From positions 220,846,001 through 220,910,000 of the forward strand of contig NC_058368.1 of assembly GCF_018350175.1 (NCBI RefSeq): 64,000 nucleotides of DNA, written 5' to 3'. The translations under genes were made by a program, and so were the position numbers. This DNA is from Felis catus (Eukaryota). The notes beneath the pieces are model-generated. The model saw only the letters and a list, made by a program, of their open reading frames with translations, searched no databases and had not been told where the DNA came from. The number at the start of each line of letters is the position of its first letter. The first letter of the stretch is position 1. This document shows positions 34,209-47,049 of this stretch, in pieces.

Positions 34209-35060
34209 AGCAAGCTGTACTAGGAAACTTTGATTTTAGATATGTCACACGTTAAATATTTTGTGTCTGAAAATTAGTGACTGTAAAAGCAGAATGAGTA
34301 AAAGTAACTGATTTAAGGAACATGAAACACAAAGGACATTAGAAAATGTGCTAAATCCCTACCTTGGATTCAGATTTGCTTGTGCTTCCAGACAGATCTA
34401 ACTTCATACCCCGTGTTTTCTGGTAGAGATTATCCTCTGTAACTGAAGCAGAAAAGAAAACACAGAAAAACAAAATGTGAGTTAAAGCATAAGGGGTATT
34501 TATATTCACATTGTAAAGATGAGTCCTATGGGTCCCATTTTCCTTCTGCTCTCTGCAGCTGATGTTAGAGGGTCTCAAGTAGCATGACACGATTTAAATA
34601 TTCATGTAGATGGAGAACTTGTCACTACAAACTCCTAAGCAGTTTCTTTGACATCCGTCTTCTCCCCCCATTCCGTTGTCCACGTGGCTGGCAGCCCTGT
34701 GCAGCTGCTGTTACTCAAGTGCCCTCCACTTCTGTGTTCTTCTTCCCTCCACCTCTTTCCCTGGATGATTCTGCTCCTTCAGGTCTCACCCTGGATTCCC
34801 AAAATCTAGATCCCATAATTTTTTTTTCTTCCCATCGTCTGGAATACTCCTCTGGTTCTTGCCTCTTCACTTACCTAAATCATCCACTAGTGTGTGTCTC
34901 TGTGAATTCAGAGACACTGTTTTGAGTTGTTACCCTAGTTTCTAGAACAAGCTACAACAAATATTCACTTAGCAAACTCACGGACATCCCCCTCTTGTCA
35001 CTGATGCACAGTGCAGTGACTTTACTAGTCAAATTTCTAAAAATGTTCACATTATTTGCT

Positions 35061-35063
<3 letters not shown>

Positions 35064-35123
<60 letters not shown>
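35064..35123. repeat. (TA)n followed by poly(T)
   Basis: direct observation. Confidence 0.95.
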
Positions 35124-35124
<1 letters not shown>

Positions 35125-35232
35125 CTGAATCAGTTGCTTCCATAAAATGGTTCTCATTATTTTGGTTTTGGTTTGGCAATGGATGGTTGCTAGGTTATTT
35201 TTGTCACTGAAATTACAAATCATATTCAGTGC

Positions 35233-35287
35233 TTTTTTTTTTTTTTTTTTTTTTTTTGCGCCTGAACAGGGACCTGATCCCTGGACC
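35233..35287 (-). pseudogene. retroposed 3' fragment of tRNA-Lys(UUU) with poly(A) tail
   Basis: minus strand GGTCCAGGGATCAGGTCCCTGTTCAGGCGC(A)25 versus recalled tRNA-Lys-TTT 3' end GGTCCAGGGTTCAAGTCCCTGTTCAGGCG(CCA); TSD CAGTGCTTTT at 35227-35236 and 35287-35296. Confidence 0.85.
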
Positions 35288-35779
35288 AGTGCTTTTGACC
35301 TCAGATAGTCAGTCTGGGTGATTGTATTTGAATCAAGCATCATGGGCGTAGGGACTCCTTAGTAATCTACTTGAATTTTATAAAAAGAACGTATGGATGG
35401 TGGTAAACAGCTGTTCCCCTTTTCATTAAGAAGAACAAATGAGAAGATATGCATAATCGCAAGAGACAGGATTCAAGTTAGTTAATAGGGATTTTGATCG
35501 CTCTTTTGTTTGCAAAATAAATTGTTGCTGAAGATTTATAAGAACTAAGAGAATACTAGTGTTTCTTAAAGTGAAAATTTAAGAATTTTAGGACCAAAAG
35601 GGAATTAATCCATGAGACTTCTGTTTGACTGCAAACATATATTTCAGCCATGTCTATGGCTTTCTCTTCCTTCTGTTTCAACTTTACTCTGGTACCCCAC
35701 ATTATGCTTCTAATAGCAGTTGGCTTCTCCACTTCCTCCTCTTCCATGTGTTCAACAGATAGTGTAAAAAAAAAGCCAT

Positions 35780-36370
35780 TTGTTTTTCTTTTGAAGCATG
35801 TTAAATCATCCCCCTGCTACAAGTGTTCTATTGCCTTTGCTTTGCATTTAGAATAAAACCCACACTCCTCAGCAAGGCCCACGAAATTCAACACGATCTC
35901 TTTATTTCACACACTTACCTCCTGTCTTACGTCTTCACTCCATATTTTCAACGCCCTGAATTTGGTTCTCTTCCTCGAATTTATCACTCTTGTTCATATT
36001 TTAGAGTCTTTGTAATTGATACTTATTCTGCCTGAACGTGCACCCCTAGGTTTTCACGTGCTCGGCTCTTTCTTTTCAGTCTGGTCTTTGCCAAAAGATC
36101 ACCCCCACAGGAGGTACTCAATGACCATTTTATTCTAGCTCAGGCTGCCGTCCACTGTATCCATCCCTATGAACCTGTTTATTTTCTCCACAGAAACTAA
36201 CACTATACAAAATCATCATGTATTTAGGTATTTATGTGTCTATGGTTGTCCTTGTCTGTCTTCTTCAAGAACATGTACATTCTAGGACAGATACCCTGTC
36301 AGTTTTCTTTATCTCTGCATCCCCGGGGCCTAACCCAGGCATAACCTAAAACAGGAATAACCTGACAAAT
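35780..36370 (+). mobile_element. L2 3' region
   Basis: TTTAGAATAAAACCCACACTCCTCAGCAAGGCC...TATCTCTGCATCCCCGGGGCCTAAC are L2-type motifs. Confidence 0.7.
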
Positions 36371-37463
36371 GATACATATGGCAAGTCTCATGTTTAGAAT
36401 ACCACTGGATTCAAGAAACAAGTTCAGATGGAAAAGACATAATGCTTCATGAAAATCATTGTTGATGCAGCTTTCATACTTTTTGGTTTCTTTGAAAGCC
36501 TAATTATTGAAGTCACTCTGCTGTTAATTAATTTAGTACATGGTACATTAAGGTTTTTTTCTCCACTGTAATGTTCTATATTAGCAAATATTAAAAGAAT
36601 CTCCATGGGTATATGAATGCAAACATTTTCTCTAATGGGACTACCCATGGAGAAAATTTTATAAATCTATGCTTAAAACAATATTAATTATACCTGCCAT
36701 GAAGCAAAAACAAAATAAATAGCAGCTGTTGCTGTAATATAATACATTTAGTTTTTAATAGCTAGTACTAGATTTGCTGCTTTTTCTTTTGAACATCTCT
36801 AAGTGGAAATGATAGCAATTAACTTACACTATACAGCATCTGTGAGCTGACTTGGTTTAGTCTTATAGCTGATCACGTTCCCAAAAAATAGAGTGTAGCA
36901 TCTGCTGGCTAACTGTGTAGAGAAAATGGTCCAAATAGATTTCTATGTACCAACAATCTTCAAACAGTGCTTCTATAATGTTTATGTACATATAATGACA
37001 CTCTATTTTCCCACAAATAATAACTGTGTATAGTAGTATGTTATCATAAGTGTTTTGAATAAAATATGATCAGAATATTACTGTGAAGTGTCATTAGATT
37101 ATTGGAGATGTTTTCCTAGCTGGCAACATAGCCAAACCCAATAACGTCAGAATTATCAGTGAGCACATGATACTGGTTTGGCAGCAGATGTATTCGAATG
37201 ATCAAGTGAAACTTCTTGCATATACCTTCCAAATGGGTGTAGGAAACATTAATGTTTGATGCTATTGTTCTGTTCTATTTTAAGACTGATGATAAATCTT
37301 CCAGAGGTAACAGCTAACTTTATCTGTAACATAACAATTTATATGACATCCAGAGAAGTGATGTTAGTTAACTAAATATGTGAAAATAACCATAGATATA
37401 AAAGACTCTTAGCAGTATGTTGACATGAAAAAAAGAGGCCAACTGAAATTGCAGGTTTATTTT

Positions 37464-37671
37464 CATTTTTTAAATATGTATTCATTTTTGAGAAAGAGAG
37501 AGAGCGTGATAAGGGGAGGGGTAGAGGGAGAAGGAGACACAGAATCTGAAGCAGGCTCCAGGCTCCGAGCTGTCAGCACCGGGCCACACATGGGCCTCGA
37601 ACTCATGAACCTCGAGATCATGACCTGAGTTGAAGTTGGATGCTTAACCGACTGAGCCACCCAGGCACCCC
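37464..37671 (-). mobile_element. CanSINE (SINEC_Fc-like)
   Basis: body and head; TSD AGGTTTATTTT. Confidence 0.95.
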
Positions 37672-37899
37672 CAAAGGTTTATTTTAAATGTTTAGTTTTT
37701 ATTACAGGGTTATAAACCTATCCCCATGTTTTCTTCTCTCCATACCTTTTTTTTGAGTATGTATTTTCCTAACATTAAATACCAACTAAATGTTAACTTC
37801 CCTAAATGTATATAGATATATACAGATGTATATAAATGTATACAGAGCCTCCTATCCATCCAGGTGTCAAATGGTCTTACCTTCGTATCTTGCAAGTGT

Positions 37900-38520
37900 T
37901 TCACCATTGTTTTGTTACAAACCTTATTCTCTTTCTTCCCGTACTTCCCCAATCGACTTCTCAATCTGAGTTCTCTACTTTAATACTATCGTCAGTATCC
38001 CAGATTAGATACTCTAGTATATTTTACATTAGTTCATCTCTTATACCACCCTGTATAGGTTACCCACTAACTCCTCATTCTGATCTAGAACTATCTGTGT
38101 GGATGATGGATCTTTTTTGTATCTCCATTACCATATCTTTTTTCTTTTTCTCTTTTTTCTTTTTCTTTTTCTTTTTCTTTTCTTTTTTTTTTATTCTTTT
38201 ATTCCATTGCTCTTACCTTCATTAGGTTATCATGTCCTCTTATCTGGACTACTGCCATGGTTTTTCTAATTGGATTCTCTGCACATTGTTCTTACCTATC
38301 CAATCCAATTACTTTTGTGATATAGAAAGTGGATCAAGTTATAGCCATAGTTTAGACTTCAAATGGCCTGGAATTATCCATAGTATAGAGCCCAGTTTCA
38401 TTTATGTGGCATTAAGGACCCTCGACAATTTGAACACAGTTCTCGTTTTCAGTATCATCTGTTGTGGTTCTCCTTGTTCCGGTCCCAGTTTAAATAGCAC
38501 TCCTCTACAGTTGCCTTCCT
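37900..38520 (+). mobile_element. L2 internal fragment
   Basis: TCTTATCTGGACTACTGCCATGG (SYLDYC, an L2/CR1-type ORF2 motif). Confidence 0.6.
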
Positions 38521-39350
38521 AATCTATGCAGGGGAGAAAATCCATGCACCTTGCATTTTGCTTCCACACCTTAAATAAATTCATCTATTATAATAGTTAA
38601 GTGTGGAATTATAATACAGTATTCATTTTTCTCTACAGGAACAATATGTGTGCTAGGTTAACCAAGACATAAAATGGTTAAAGAGTATGTGGTGAATGAA
38701 GGAGGGATAAATGGATCATTCTTAGGAATTGAGAAATGGCACGCATGGAGAAGTGATTATATGTGTGTGTTTATGAAACTCAAAAATAATGGTACATAAC
38801 ATAATGATTGAGCACTATTTGTAGTAGGATGTGTACATATGGTTGGATAGAAGGAAGCATTTCTGAACACGTACCCAGTTGAGAGGGCTACTTCTAAGTG
38901 CTCATTTTCATGTTCTACCAGAATTCAATTTTGCCTTTTGTTTCATGAAGTAATCACTCTAAATAGTTGGAGAAGAATGGATATGACATACACGGTAGAT
39001 ACTTGAAATCTTTTGTGTTCCACAGTTTGATTTCCTTAGGTACTAGATGCATTAGAACTCACACTGGTACACCAATGTGATCAACTTTCAAAAATTATAC
39101 AAATCATCTTGTCTCTATGTGGTAAATCCGTAACATTTCTTTTTCCATTTTATCATCTGGCCCCCTTGTTTAGTATTGATCTTCAGGAAAATTAAAATAA
39201 TTCACCGTAAACTAAGAGAACTTGGGGAAATATCTAAGATTCCAATTATGTCATTTTACACTTCACCCAAATATAAAATGCTGTGTCAGCTTTGTAAAGA
39301 ATTTGATAGGCATTCTGTGAATCAAAGAAGTTCAAGACAATAGGAAATTT

Positions 39351-39548
39351 TCTTTTTTTTTCTTTTTTGAGAGAGAGAGAATGAGTGCATACAAGCAGGT
39401 GAGGGGGAGAGAGGGAGAGAGGGAGAGAATCCCAAATAGGCTGTGCACCAGCAGTGCAGTGTGGGGCTCAATCCCACAAGCCACGAGATCATGACCTGAA
39501 CTGAAATTGAGAGTCAGATGCTGAACCCCTAAGCCACTCAAGCACCCC
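39351..39548 (-). mobile_element. CanSINE (older)
   Basis: body and head; decayed TSD GACAA(T/C)AGGAA. Confidence 0.9.
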
Positions 39549-42500
39549 ATGACAACAGGAACATTTTGACATCAGCACCATCTGTCCCTTTCCAGGCTCA
39601 TTTCTCCTTTGGTCATCAGCCATGTCTCTCATTGAACCCCATTACCTTGAAGTGTCAGGCCCTCCTGCCTCTGTGCTCTGGATTATGTGATTGCTCCTGA
39701 CCTCCTAGCAAACTACAGCTCACGTGCCATCGTGACAGTTGTCTGCTCTAACACAGCCACCAGAGCCAAATCCTATGTTATTAACTACTCCTTACATGTA
39801 TCTTAAAAGCATTCTGTTTAAAATCCCAAGTCAGTAAATTGTACCTTGCCTTCGCACATCAGGTAAGCTTTCATCATAGTCATTCTGTGCTAGAACTCTT
39901 CGTCTCCCAAACCAGTGGATTTCAGATACTGTGGCTCAAGCACATAGGACCTAGTATGAAGGCAATCAGTAACTGATGAACTGAAGTCAGAGAGCCCCTA
40001 CAAACTAAATCCTTGAGCGAGATGATTTTTGCTTTCTCTTCTTTTCTCATTAAAATGTAATGAAACAGCATTTCTGGAGAAAAGGTTTGGTGGAGGCACA
40101 GTGAAATTAATGACAGTGAAATTAATATTAAAATTTCATCACATCATTATAATATCTGCAGTGTCTACTGATATTTCTCTGGGATTTCATTTCTGTATCC
40201 ATCATACTTTCCACTGAGTCTTTCATATATTCTAAAAACAGGCTGCTTTTGATCTTAAAAGTGTGCTTTCCTCCCTTTGAATTATAAAAGATAGCCTAGG
40301 CCTTTCATTAAGTGTCTGGAAATAGTGTCCAGAAGAAAACAAAATGCATCTTTATTTCCATTCACACAATATTCTATACTGAGCAGGTCAAGGTTATGAG
40401 GCCCTGCTTTTATCTTTAGCTTTTTTTTTTTCTCCTCCACTCAGGTCTTACCAATGTTTTACTTGAGTTCTCATTTTCTGTGCTGCCAGTGTTATCTATA
40501 TTTTGGAAGTGCTTTACTGTATCCAGTCTACCCATTTAGGTCTCGTGTATTACATCATCTTCTTTTATACAGAACCACTTCCAGTCCTGGGAGCGTTTGA
40601 GGACTCTCCTCTATATTTCACTTAAAACAGCATCACCCTGGAAATCAATTTAGTTGCTTGTATACAGAAAATAGAACTTATGCTCATCAGTGTATTGGTC
40701 CATTTTCTTAAAAAAAATCTTTATTTGTGTCTTGTGGTTTAGCTTTACACACATGGTAATTGAAGATGTTTAAAAAAATAGTTTATTCCTTGAAAAAGTT
40801 TTAAACATTCATTTCTCCGAATCTATCCCAATGGCAGGGATCTTCTCTTTGGCATGTCATCAGGTTTGCTCTCCATGATTATAGCACATGGGTGCTTTTT
40901 ATGGGTACCAATTCTTCGCTACTTGAGTTTATCTAGATGGAGACAAATGCTTTTGCATTAGCAGAATACAAAAATTTAGAAAATGTAAACTTTTCCTATT
41001 CTCACAGCTTGTTATAACTTTATTACTGAATAATTTTTTAAAAGTAAAATATCATAAAAATGAATAAACTATTCTATTTAAATACAAGGCAAAGTTGGAA
41101 ATACAAGGAATTATAAATTAAGTCACCTATTTTGTAATGCTCTTTATTGAAGACTAAGAAGACTCAAAACTTTGAGCCATAAGAAGTCAATACATGACCT
41201 CAGTTATAATTAAACTGCTTATACAGGAGGACAAAATACCCACTTAAGTACAATATTAATATATTTGGACACTTGCATTGAGTGTTTATATATCACTATC
41301 ACTCAGAAATGACAGGATATTGATTAAGGATATAGCCTTTCTGTAAAATAAACTGCTGATAATAAACATTTTCATCATTTTTTGTAGTAGCATTTACAAG
41401 GTCTTGCATGTTGAGTTTTAACTTATTTTTGCACCATACTTAATGTTAAAGTACCCCTTGCTTTAAAGATTTGGAAGAACTGAGAGTCTTGGGCTAGGAG
41501 ATCAGAATGAAGTCGTAGGTATCAGGAGAAGGAGATGAAATTCACGTCACCCAGTGCCTCACCCTACTCATGCAGTTATCAGTTATTAAAGTTTTTATCA
41601 GTGATTCTGTGTACCACTGCATTTGGAAGGCTGCTATTGTCTGGGTCTGTCAGATAATGAATGTTTGCTCTTGTTTTTATGTGGTCATAGTAGTATGAGG
41701 TGTAAAAATTCTAATGTAAACATCTGAAGCTAAATTTTCTTAGGGAAGCTTACCATAGAGTTTTACAAATGTAGTTTACCAAGAACTAGGTAGCATGCTG
41801 ATTCAATATATTACATGATGATACGGGTTAACAGATGTATATTAAATAACAACTCAATCCATTGCAGTGACAGGTATTAGAAATTAAATGAAGAAGAGTA
41901 AATCAATGTAATGCTTACATTTATTCAATTACAAAACAATAACGTATGGCTTTAAGTACATGCAATCCCTGAAACAAGTTGACATGAATAGATACACACA
42001 GCTGTAATGTTTAAGTGCTTTTATTGTTAGTTTTTAAAATACAAACAACTACACTAAAGTCTCTACTTTGGCAAAATGGACAACATATCCATATTTACAC
42101 AGTTTTTGACAAATTTCTGTTAAACCAGGTCTAAACATAAGAAAACAGTGATATTTGATCTGTGCTTTTTTAGCACTACTCATTAGTAGAAAAGGATGGT
42201 GACCTTATTTATTTTTAAACTGTTGCTATTGTTGTGGCGTTTCATGGAGTGATAATTGGATATCTCCAAATAACCTCTGAAGACCAATTAAAAAAAGGAA
42301 GATATGCAGTTCGCCAGTCTGTGTTGCAATTAAATGTCTACTTTGACACTCAGTAGAGGTATAACTTCCACAGATACAAATTTTGTTCATGCTATATTCT
42401 TACATACATTATACTTAGGGAAATATACTAAAATATTTTCTTTCATTTGACAGATGAACCAATTATTATATTTCACATGTGGGCCAATTATTCTGTTTCA

Positions 42501-43059
42501 TACACTGTAAATATTTTTGGCCTTTTAAATCACCGTGTCATTATAAGAATACAGCTTTGTTGCTTGAACAACAAACTAAACACTGTACTTTAAAATATAC
42601 TACTTTGATGTTCCTAGGTGAAAAGAGGCAATTTTGAAAACAGATCTTTACACACTGATATTTACCTTTAACACAACTGCAATTATAAAAACATCCTAAT
42701 TCGATGTTATTTGTGTAGTTATTAGTTTGCTTAACTTCTCATTTGAAAACTTGATATAAGGACGATAATTTTTACTTGTGGAAGAACAATGAAGAGACAT
42801 TTGAGTAAGAATGGCATGACATCTGTGACCCTGTGATTTAGTGAACTAACTATAAAGCAAAAGTAACATTTCATTCTACGTGAGTATAGACAAAGAGGTC
42901 ACAGAGGGGTCAATAATTCTAGAAGAAGACCCAATATTTAGATATATTTACTATTATACTATGTACATATAGTTTGCTATGCAATAGTTACTTACTGTAT
43001 TAACTGTGCACTAGTTTTTTTTTCCCCAAGTTTTCTTCATACATAGATTGACTTATTTT

Positions 43060-43168
43060 TAAACCAACCTCATTAGGTATGCACTATTATCCCTGTTTAT
43101 AGATGACTACACCGAGACCAGTGTCTCTGAGCTTTCTGGGAGTCACACAGATGATAAGTAGCAGAACA
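43060..43168 (-). mobile_element. MIR fragment
   Basis: CAACCTCATTAGGTATGCACTATTATCCCTGTTTATAGATGA...GTCACACAG...AAGTAGCAGA. Confidence 0.65.
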
Positions 43169-43189
43169 TTTGTTTCTTAATACTGCAAC

Positions 43190-43900
43190 ATTATGGTAAA
43201 AGGGGCATTTCAAGTCCATGGTAAAAAATGGCCACGTTAACAAACATTTTGTAGTTGATTGCCAGATTATTTGCAAAAACAGTGGTTAAATGCTTACCTG
43301 ATAGCATGTGCAGAGATACATGCCTAAGATTTAAATATAAAAACACAACTATGGAAAAACACAACTACGGATGGCTATCTGTAACATTCCTGGAAGAGGC
43401 ATGCCTTTTGAGGTGACACACTATTAGCACGTTTAAATTATAAAAACATTCTTACGTGTCAGGAAAAAAAAATGATTTCTCAGTAGAACAATTGGCTAAA
43501 AAGTATAAAAAGATGAAACTTTTAATTACCAATTAGAAATAACAATTAACCAAATTCACATGAATGAGTATTTTTAATGATAAAAATGGATTTGTAAAAT
43601 GTTAATTAAGAGCATAGGCCAGGATTTGATAACAGGGGTCGTTTCTGTAATACTGGTGTGAGTCAAGGCAATACGCTTTTCTGGTAAGGCAATTTCTCAT
43701 TCTATGTCAAAGCTATTAAAAACACATATGCTCTTTGAACCATAAATTCTACTTCTAAGGAATTACAAACACATTTCCTGTAAGAATATGTCTATCAGTA
43801 GAAACCGGACTTAATAAACTCCTGAACATGACACCACATAAGAAATACTTTAGGCAGTCAGAGATGGCTACTAAAAGTTAGCTATGGTTACTGTGAAATA
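43190..43900 (+). mobile_element. ancient L1M fragments
   Basis: CTTTTCTGGTAAGGCAATTT...CACATATGCTCTTTGAACCATAAATTCTACTTCTAAGGAATT resembles the old L1 ORF2 end and 3' UTR. Confidence 0.5.
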
Positions 43901-44334
43901 ATGTCAGCCATTAAAGAGTTTGACTGTTTTAATACAGATTTTGTATTTTTCAGTAGGTAGAGATAAAAATCACTGTAAGAGAAAAGGATTTTTAAAAATG
44001 TATTGCTGCCTTTAATATGTTACCATACCTTTAATACATAAAATATGAGTTAATATTTCAAAATATGTTCCACTATGGACCGTAAGTAAAATAATCAGTA
44101 TAATGCTTTATGTGTAATTATCTTTAATAGTTTATCTTCCCCCAAATATTAACCTGAACACAGTCTTACAAATAAGAATGCTAAAAATCTAGATGAGAGC
44201 AACCTGGAGAAAATAGCATTTTGTGTTAATATATTTAAACGCTCAAGGAAGACAAATGTATCTGATCATTTTTGCATTATTTTTGTAACAATTTGTCATG
44301 CCAATATTCCTGCCACCACCCGAAAATATTTTTT

Positions 44335-44944
44335 CATAAGAGCTTATGCTTAATGGAAACCAACAGAATGTATTTTTGTAGAGATCTATATATTTACATA
44401 TATATCTATACGTATTATTTACATGTGTGTATCTATATCTATATTTACATATGGATGTATATAGATGTATCTATCTCTAGAGAGAAGAGAGAGATGATTG
44501 ATAGATAGAGATTTAGTATAAAGAATTGGCTCATGTGATTAAGGAGACTAACAAGTTCCAAGATCTTCATGGTGAGTCAACAAATTGGAGACCTAGGATC
44601 CACTGTGGAGTCCCAGTTTAGGTCTGAAGACCTGAGAACCAGAGGTAGTGATGTTGTGGTTCCTGTCAGAAGGCCTGCAAGGTCAAGACCCAGGAAGAGC
44701 TTATGTTTCAGTTCAGCGGGAGAATTTCTCTCTTAATCCCCAGAGGATTACCTTGTTTGTTCTGTCTAGGCCTTCATCCAACTGGGTGATGCCCACCCAT
44801 GTTAGGGAGAACAATATGCTTTAATTGGTCTATACGTTTAAGTGTTCATCTTATCCTAAAACATCTTCACCAAAATACCCAGGACAATGTTTGACCCAAT
44901 GTCTGGGCACTCAGTCAGGTTGACACATATAATTAACCATCTCA
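44335..44944 (-). mobile_element. MLT2 (B-like) LTR with internal TA-rich microsatellite
   Basis: AAGAATTGGCTCATGTGATT...GTTGACACATATAATTAACCATCTCA terminus. Confidence 0.9.
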
Positions 44945-45529
44945 TAAAAGAATGTGAATATGTATGTACATGTGTGTGTACGTATATATTGTGTAATATA
45001 TAGTAAAATTATATATCAATATATAAAAAGGTATAAATATGCAAATTTCATTTTTAAATTGGGCAGTAGATTCTAAATGCATGCATTGATATACCCTTGT
45101 TACTTAATTTGAGCAGCCTATGTTGATTTTATAGTTCCTTCAAAGAAATATCCACAGTAGAAAATGGAGACATCCTGAGTGGAGAAATTTTTGCATTATC
45201 TGTTTGTTCTCTATAGAGAAATGGAAGAGTCATCCATTGCTCATTTATTCTTTCTTGAAGATCTTTACATAGCCTTCCTGAAGATCAGCCCACTCTGATT
45301 CTTTATTAGCTTGCTTGCTTAGAGCAAGCCATGTGGACTCTTGCTTTATTTTTTTATTACTATTCCACCTTGGTTTTCTTGCTCCTTAAGACAGAGAGAA
45401 GAGCACAGTCAGACCCCTCAGGTTCTCAGGACCTTGACTACACTGGAGATAAATCTCTTGTTGTCACTATTACTGTTAGTGTTGTTAAGATTCTTAGTTT
45501 TTCTTAAGTCAAAATAATGAAATCTTCTA

Positions 45530-46220
45530 TGTGGTTCATTGTGGGTTAGTCCCTGCTATCCATTCCAACCCAATATGGTAAGCCCATGCATCTGCTAAGG
45601 ATTAGCTTATGCTGAATGTTTGACACCAGTGTGGTGTAGCAGGAAGAGTGTTAAGAGAGCTGTAGGACAGGGTCACTGCTTCTGTGAAGGAGATACCTGA
45701 AGGAGTTTCTCCCTTCTTCCTCTGAACATTGCCATATCTGGATGTTACTCATATCTGCTGGAGTCATCTTTATCAGACTGACAGAGAGTAGTTAAGCATC
45801 ATTTATAGACTGAGCATGAGACAATGGAGGCTAAGAAGTAGCACCAGGAGTTATTAAAATGCTACATCAGCCAATTCTGGAGCCCACCCTATCTCTTGAC
45901 ATCATGCTTGGGAATACAAACAAAGAAAAATTCAAAAATTCTTTAAACTTTTTAATGTTTTTTTTATTTTTGAGAGAGACAGACAGAGCACAAGCAGGGA
46001 AGGGGCAGAGAGAGGAGACACAGGATCTGAAGCAGGCTCCAGGCTCTGAGCTGTCCGTGTGGAGCCCAATGCGATTCTCAAGCCCATGAACCGTGAGATC
46101 ATGACCTGAGCTGAAGTTGGACTCTTAACTGACTGAGCCACCCAGGCGCCCCCCCCCCCAAATTCTTATTTAACCTAGTTTGATCTGAAGTTTTCTGATA
46201 TTTAACACTCCTAACAGATA
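45530..46220 (+). mobile_element. old MLT1 LTR interrupted by a SINE
   Basis: CTGCTGGAGTCATCTT...CATCAGCCAATTCTGGAGCCCACCCTATCTCTTGAC; resumes after the SINE with TTTAACC...GTTTTCTG. Confidence 0.5.
45943..46152 (-). mobile_element. CanSINE
   Basis: body and head CCCAGGCGCCCC; AAATTCTT on both flanks. Confidence 0.93.
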
Positions 46221-46270
46221 TAATACTAATAATATAAATAGCAAATATGGGAAATAACCTACTTTGATTA

Positions 46271-46490
46271 TTTTTTTTAATTTTTTTTAACGTTTATTTA
46301 TTTTTGAGACAGAGAGAGAGACAGAGCATGAACAGGGAGGGTCAGAGAGAGGGAGACACAGAATCTGAAACAGGCTCCAGGCTCTGAGCTGTCAGCACAG
46401 AGCCCGACGCGGGGCTGGAACTCACGGACCGCGAGATCCTGACCTGAGCTGAAGTCGGCTGCTTAACCGACTGAGCCACCCAGGCGCCCC
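46271..46490 (-). mobile_element. SINEC_Fc (young)
   Basis: perfect TSD AACCTACTTTGATTA. Confidence 0.97.
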
Positions 46491-47049
46491 AAACCTACTT
46501 TGATTAAAAGTGTACCTTAAATCTCTATAAACATGCATATTTAAATTAATAATATAAAAACAAAATCTCCATATGGTTGCTACCAATTATCAAAGTGTGG
46601 ATGATCCCTGTACTTAATCTTGGGTATGTGTCATGAAAACTGCCCTTCTTCAACAGAAGTCCTCTAGAAATTCTCCTTCAAGAGGGCTTACTTTTAGACA
46701 GGCTGATACCACAGTCCAAGAAAAAAAAATGGATGCTTTCTTCATTCAAATATATAATTTACTCTTCTCAAAATCTTTCAGATTAAATATCTCTTTTGAC
46801 TTCTGCTAAATGTCAGTTTCAAATGTTTTCTAAAATCCTTCTGTGTAACTAAGATGTAATATTGTGGTAGATTTTGAAATTAGAGTGGAGAAGGCACTTG
46901 AAATCTCTGAGGTATATAGTATAGTTACATTTGCTTTTATAAATAGAGCTATTTAAAAATATAGCAATATTTATTGAATGCATTATTTTTCGAGACATAA
47001 TCTTTCTTACAGTAACTCTCATATACTTCATTTAGGAGACCAAAGTTCT

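Noticed and set aside
35258..35287. Functional tRNA gene or ERV primer-binding site
   Set aside because: Only the T arm and 3' acceptor strand are present, with poly(A) and TSD; no D arm, and no adjacent LTR end as a PBS would need.
37710..38522. ORFs of 84-129 aa and minus-strand donor sites
   Set aside because: They overlap an L2 relic and a T-rich simple repeat and have low-complexity translations.
40452..40637. Minus-strand exon ending TTG|GTAAGA with short ORF MGRLDTVKHFQNIDNTGSTENENSSKTL
   Set aside because: Weak acceptor context, unrecognised peptide, and signals of this quality are common by chance.
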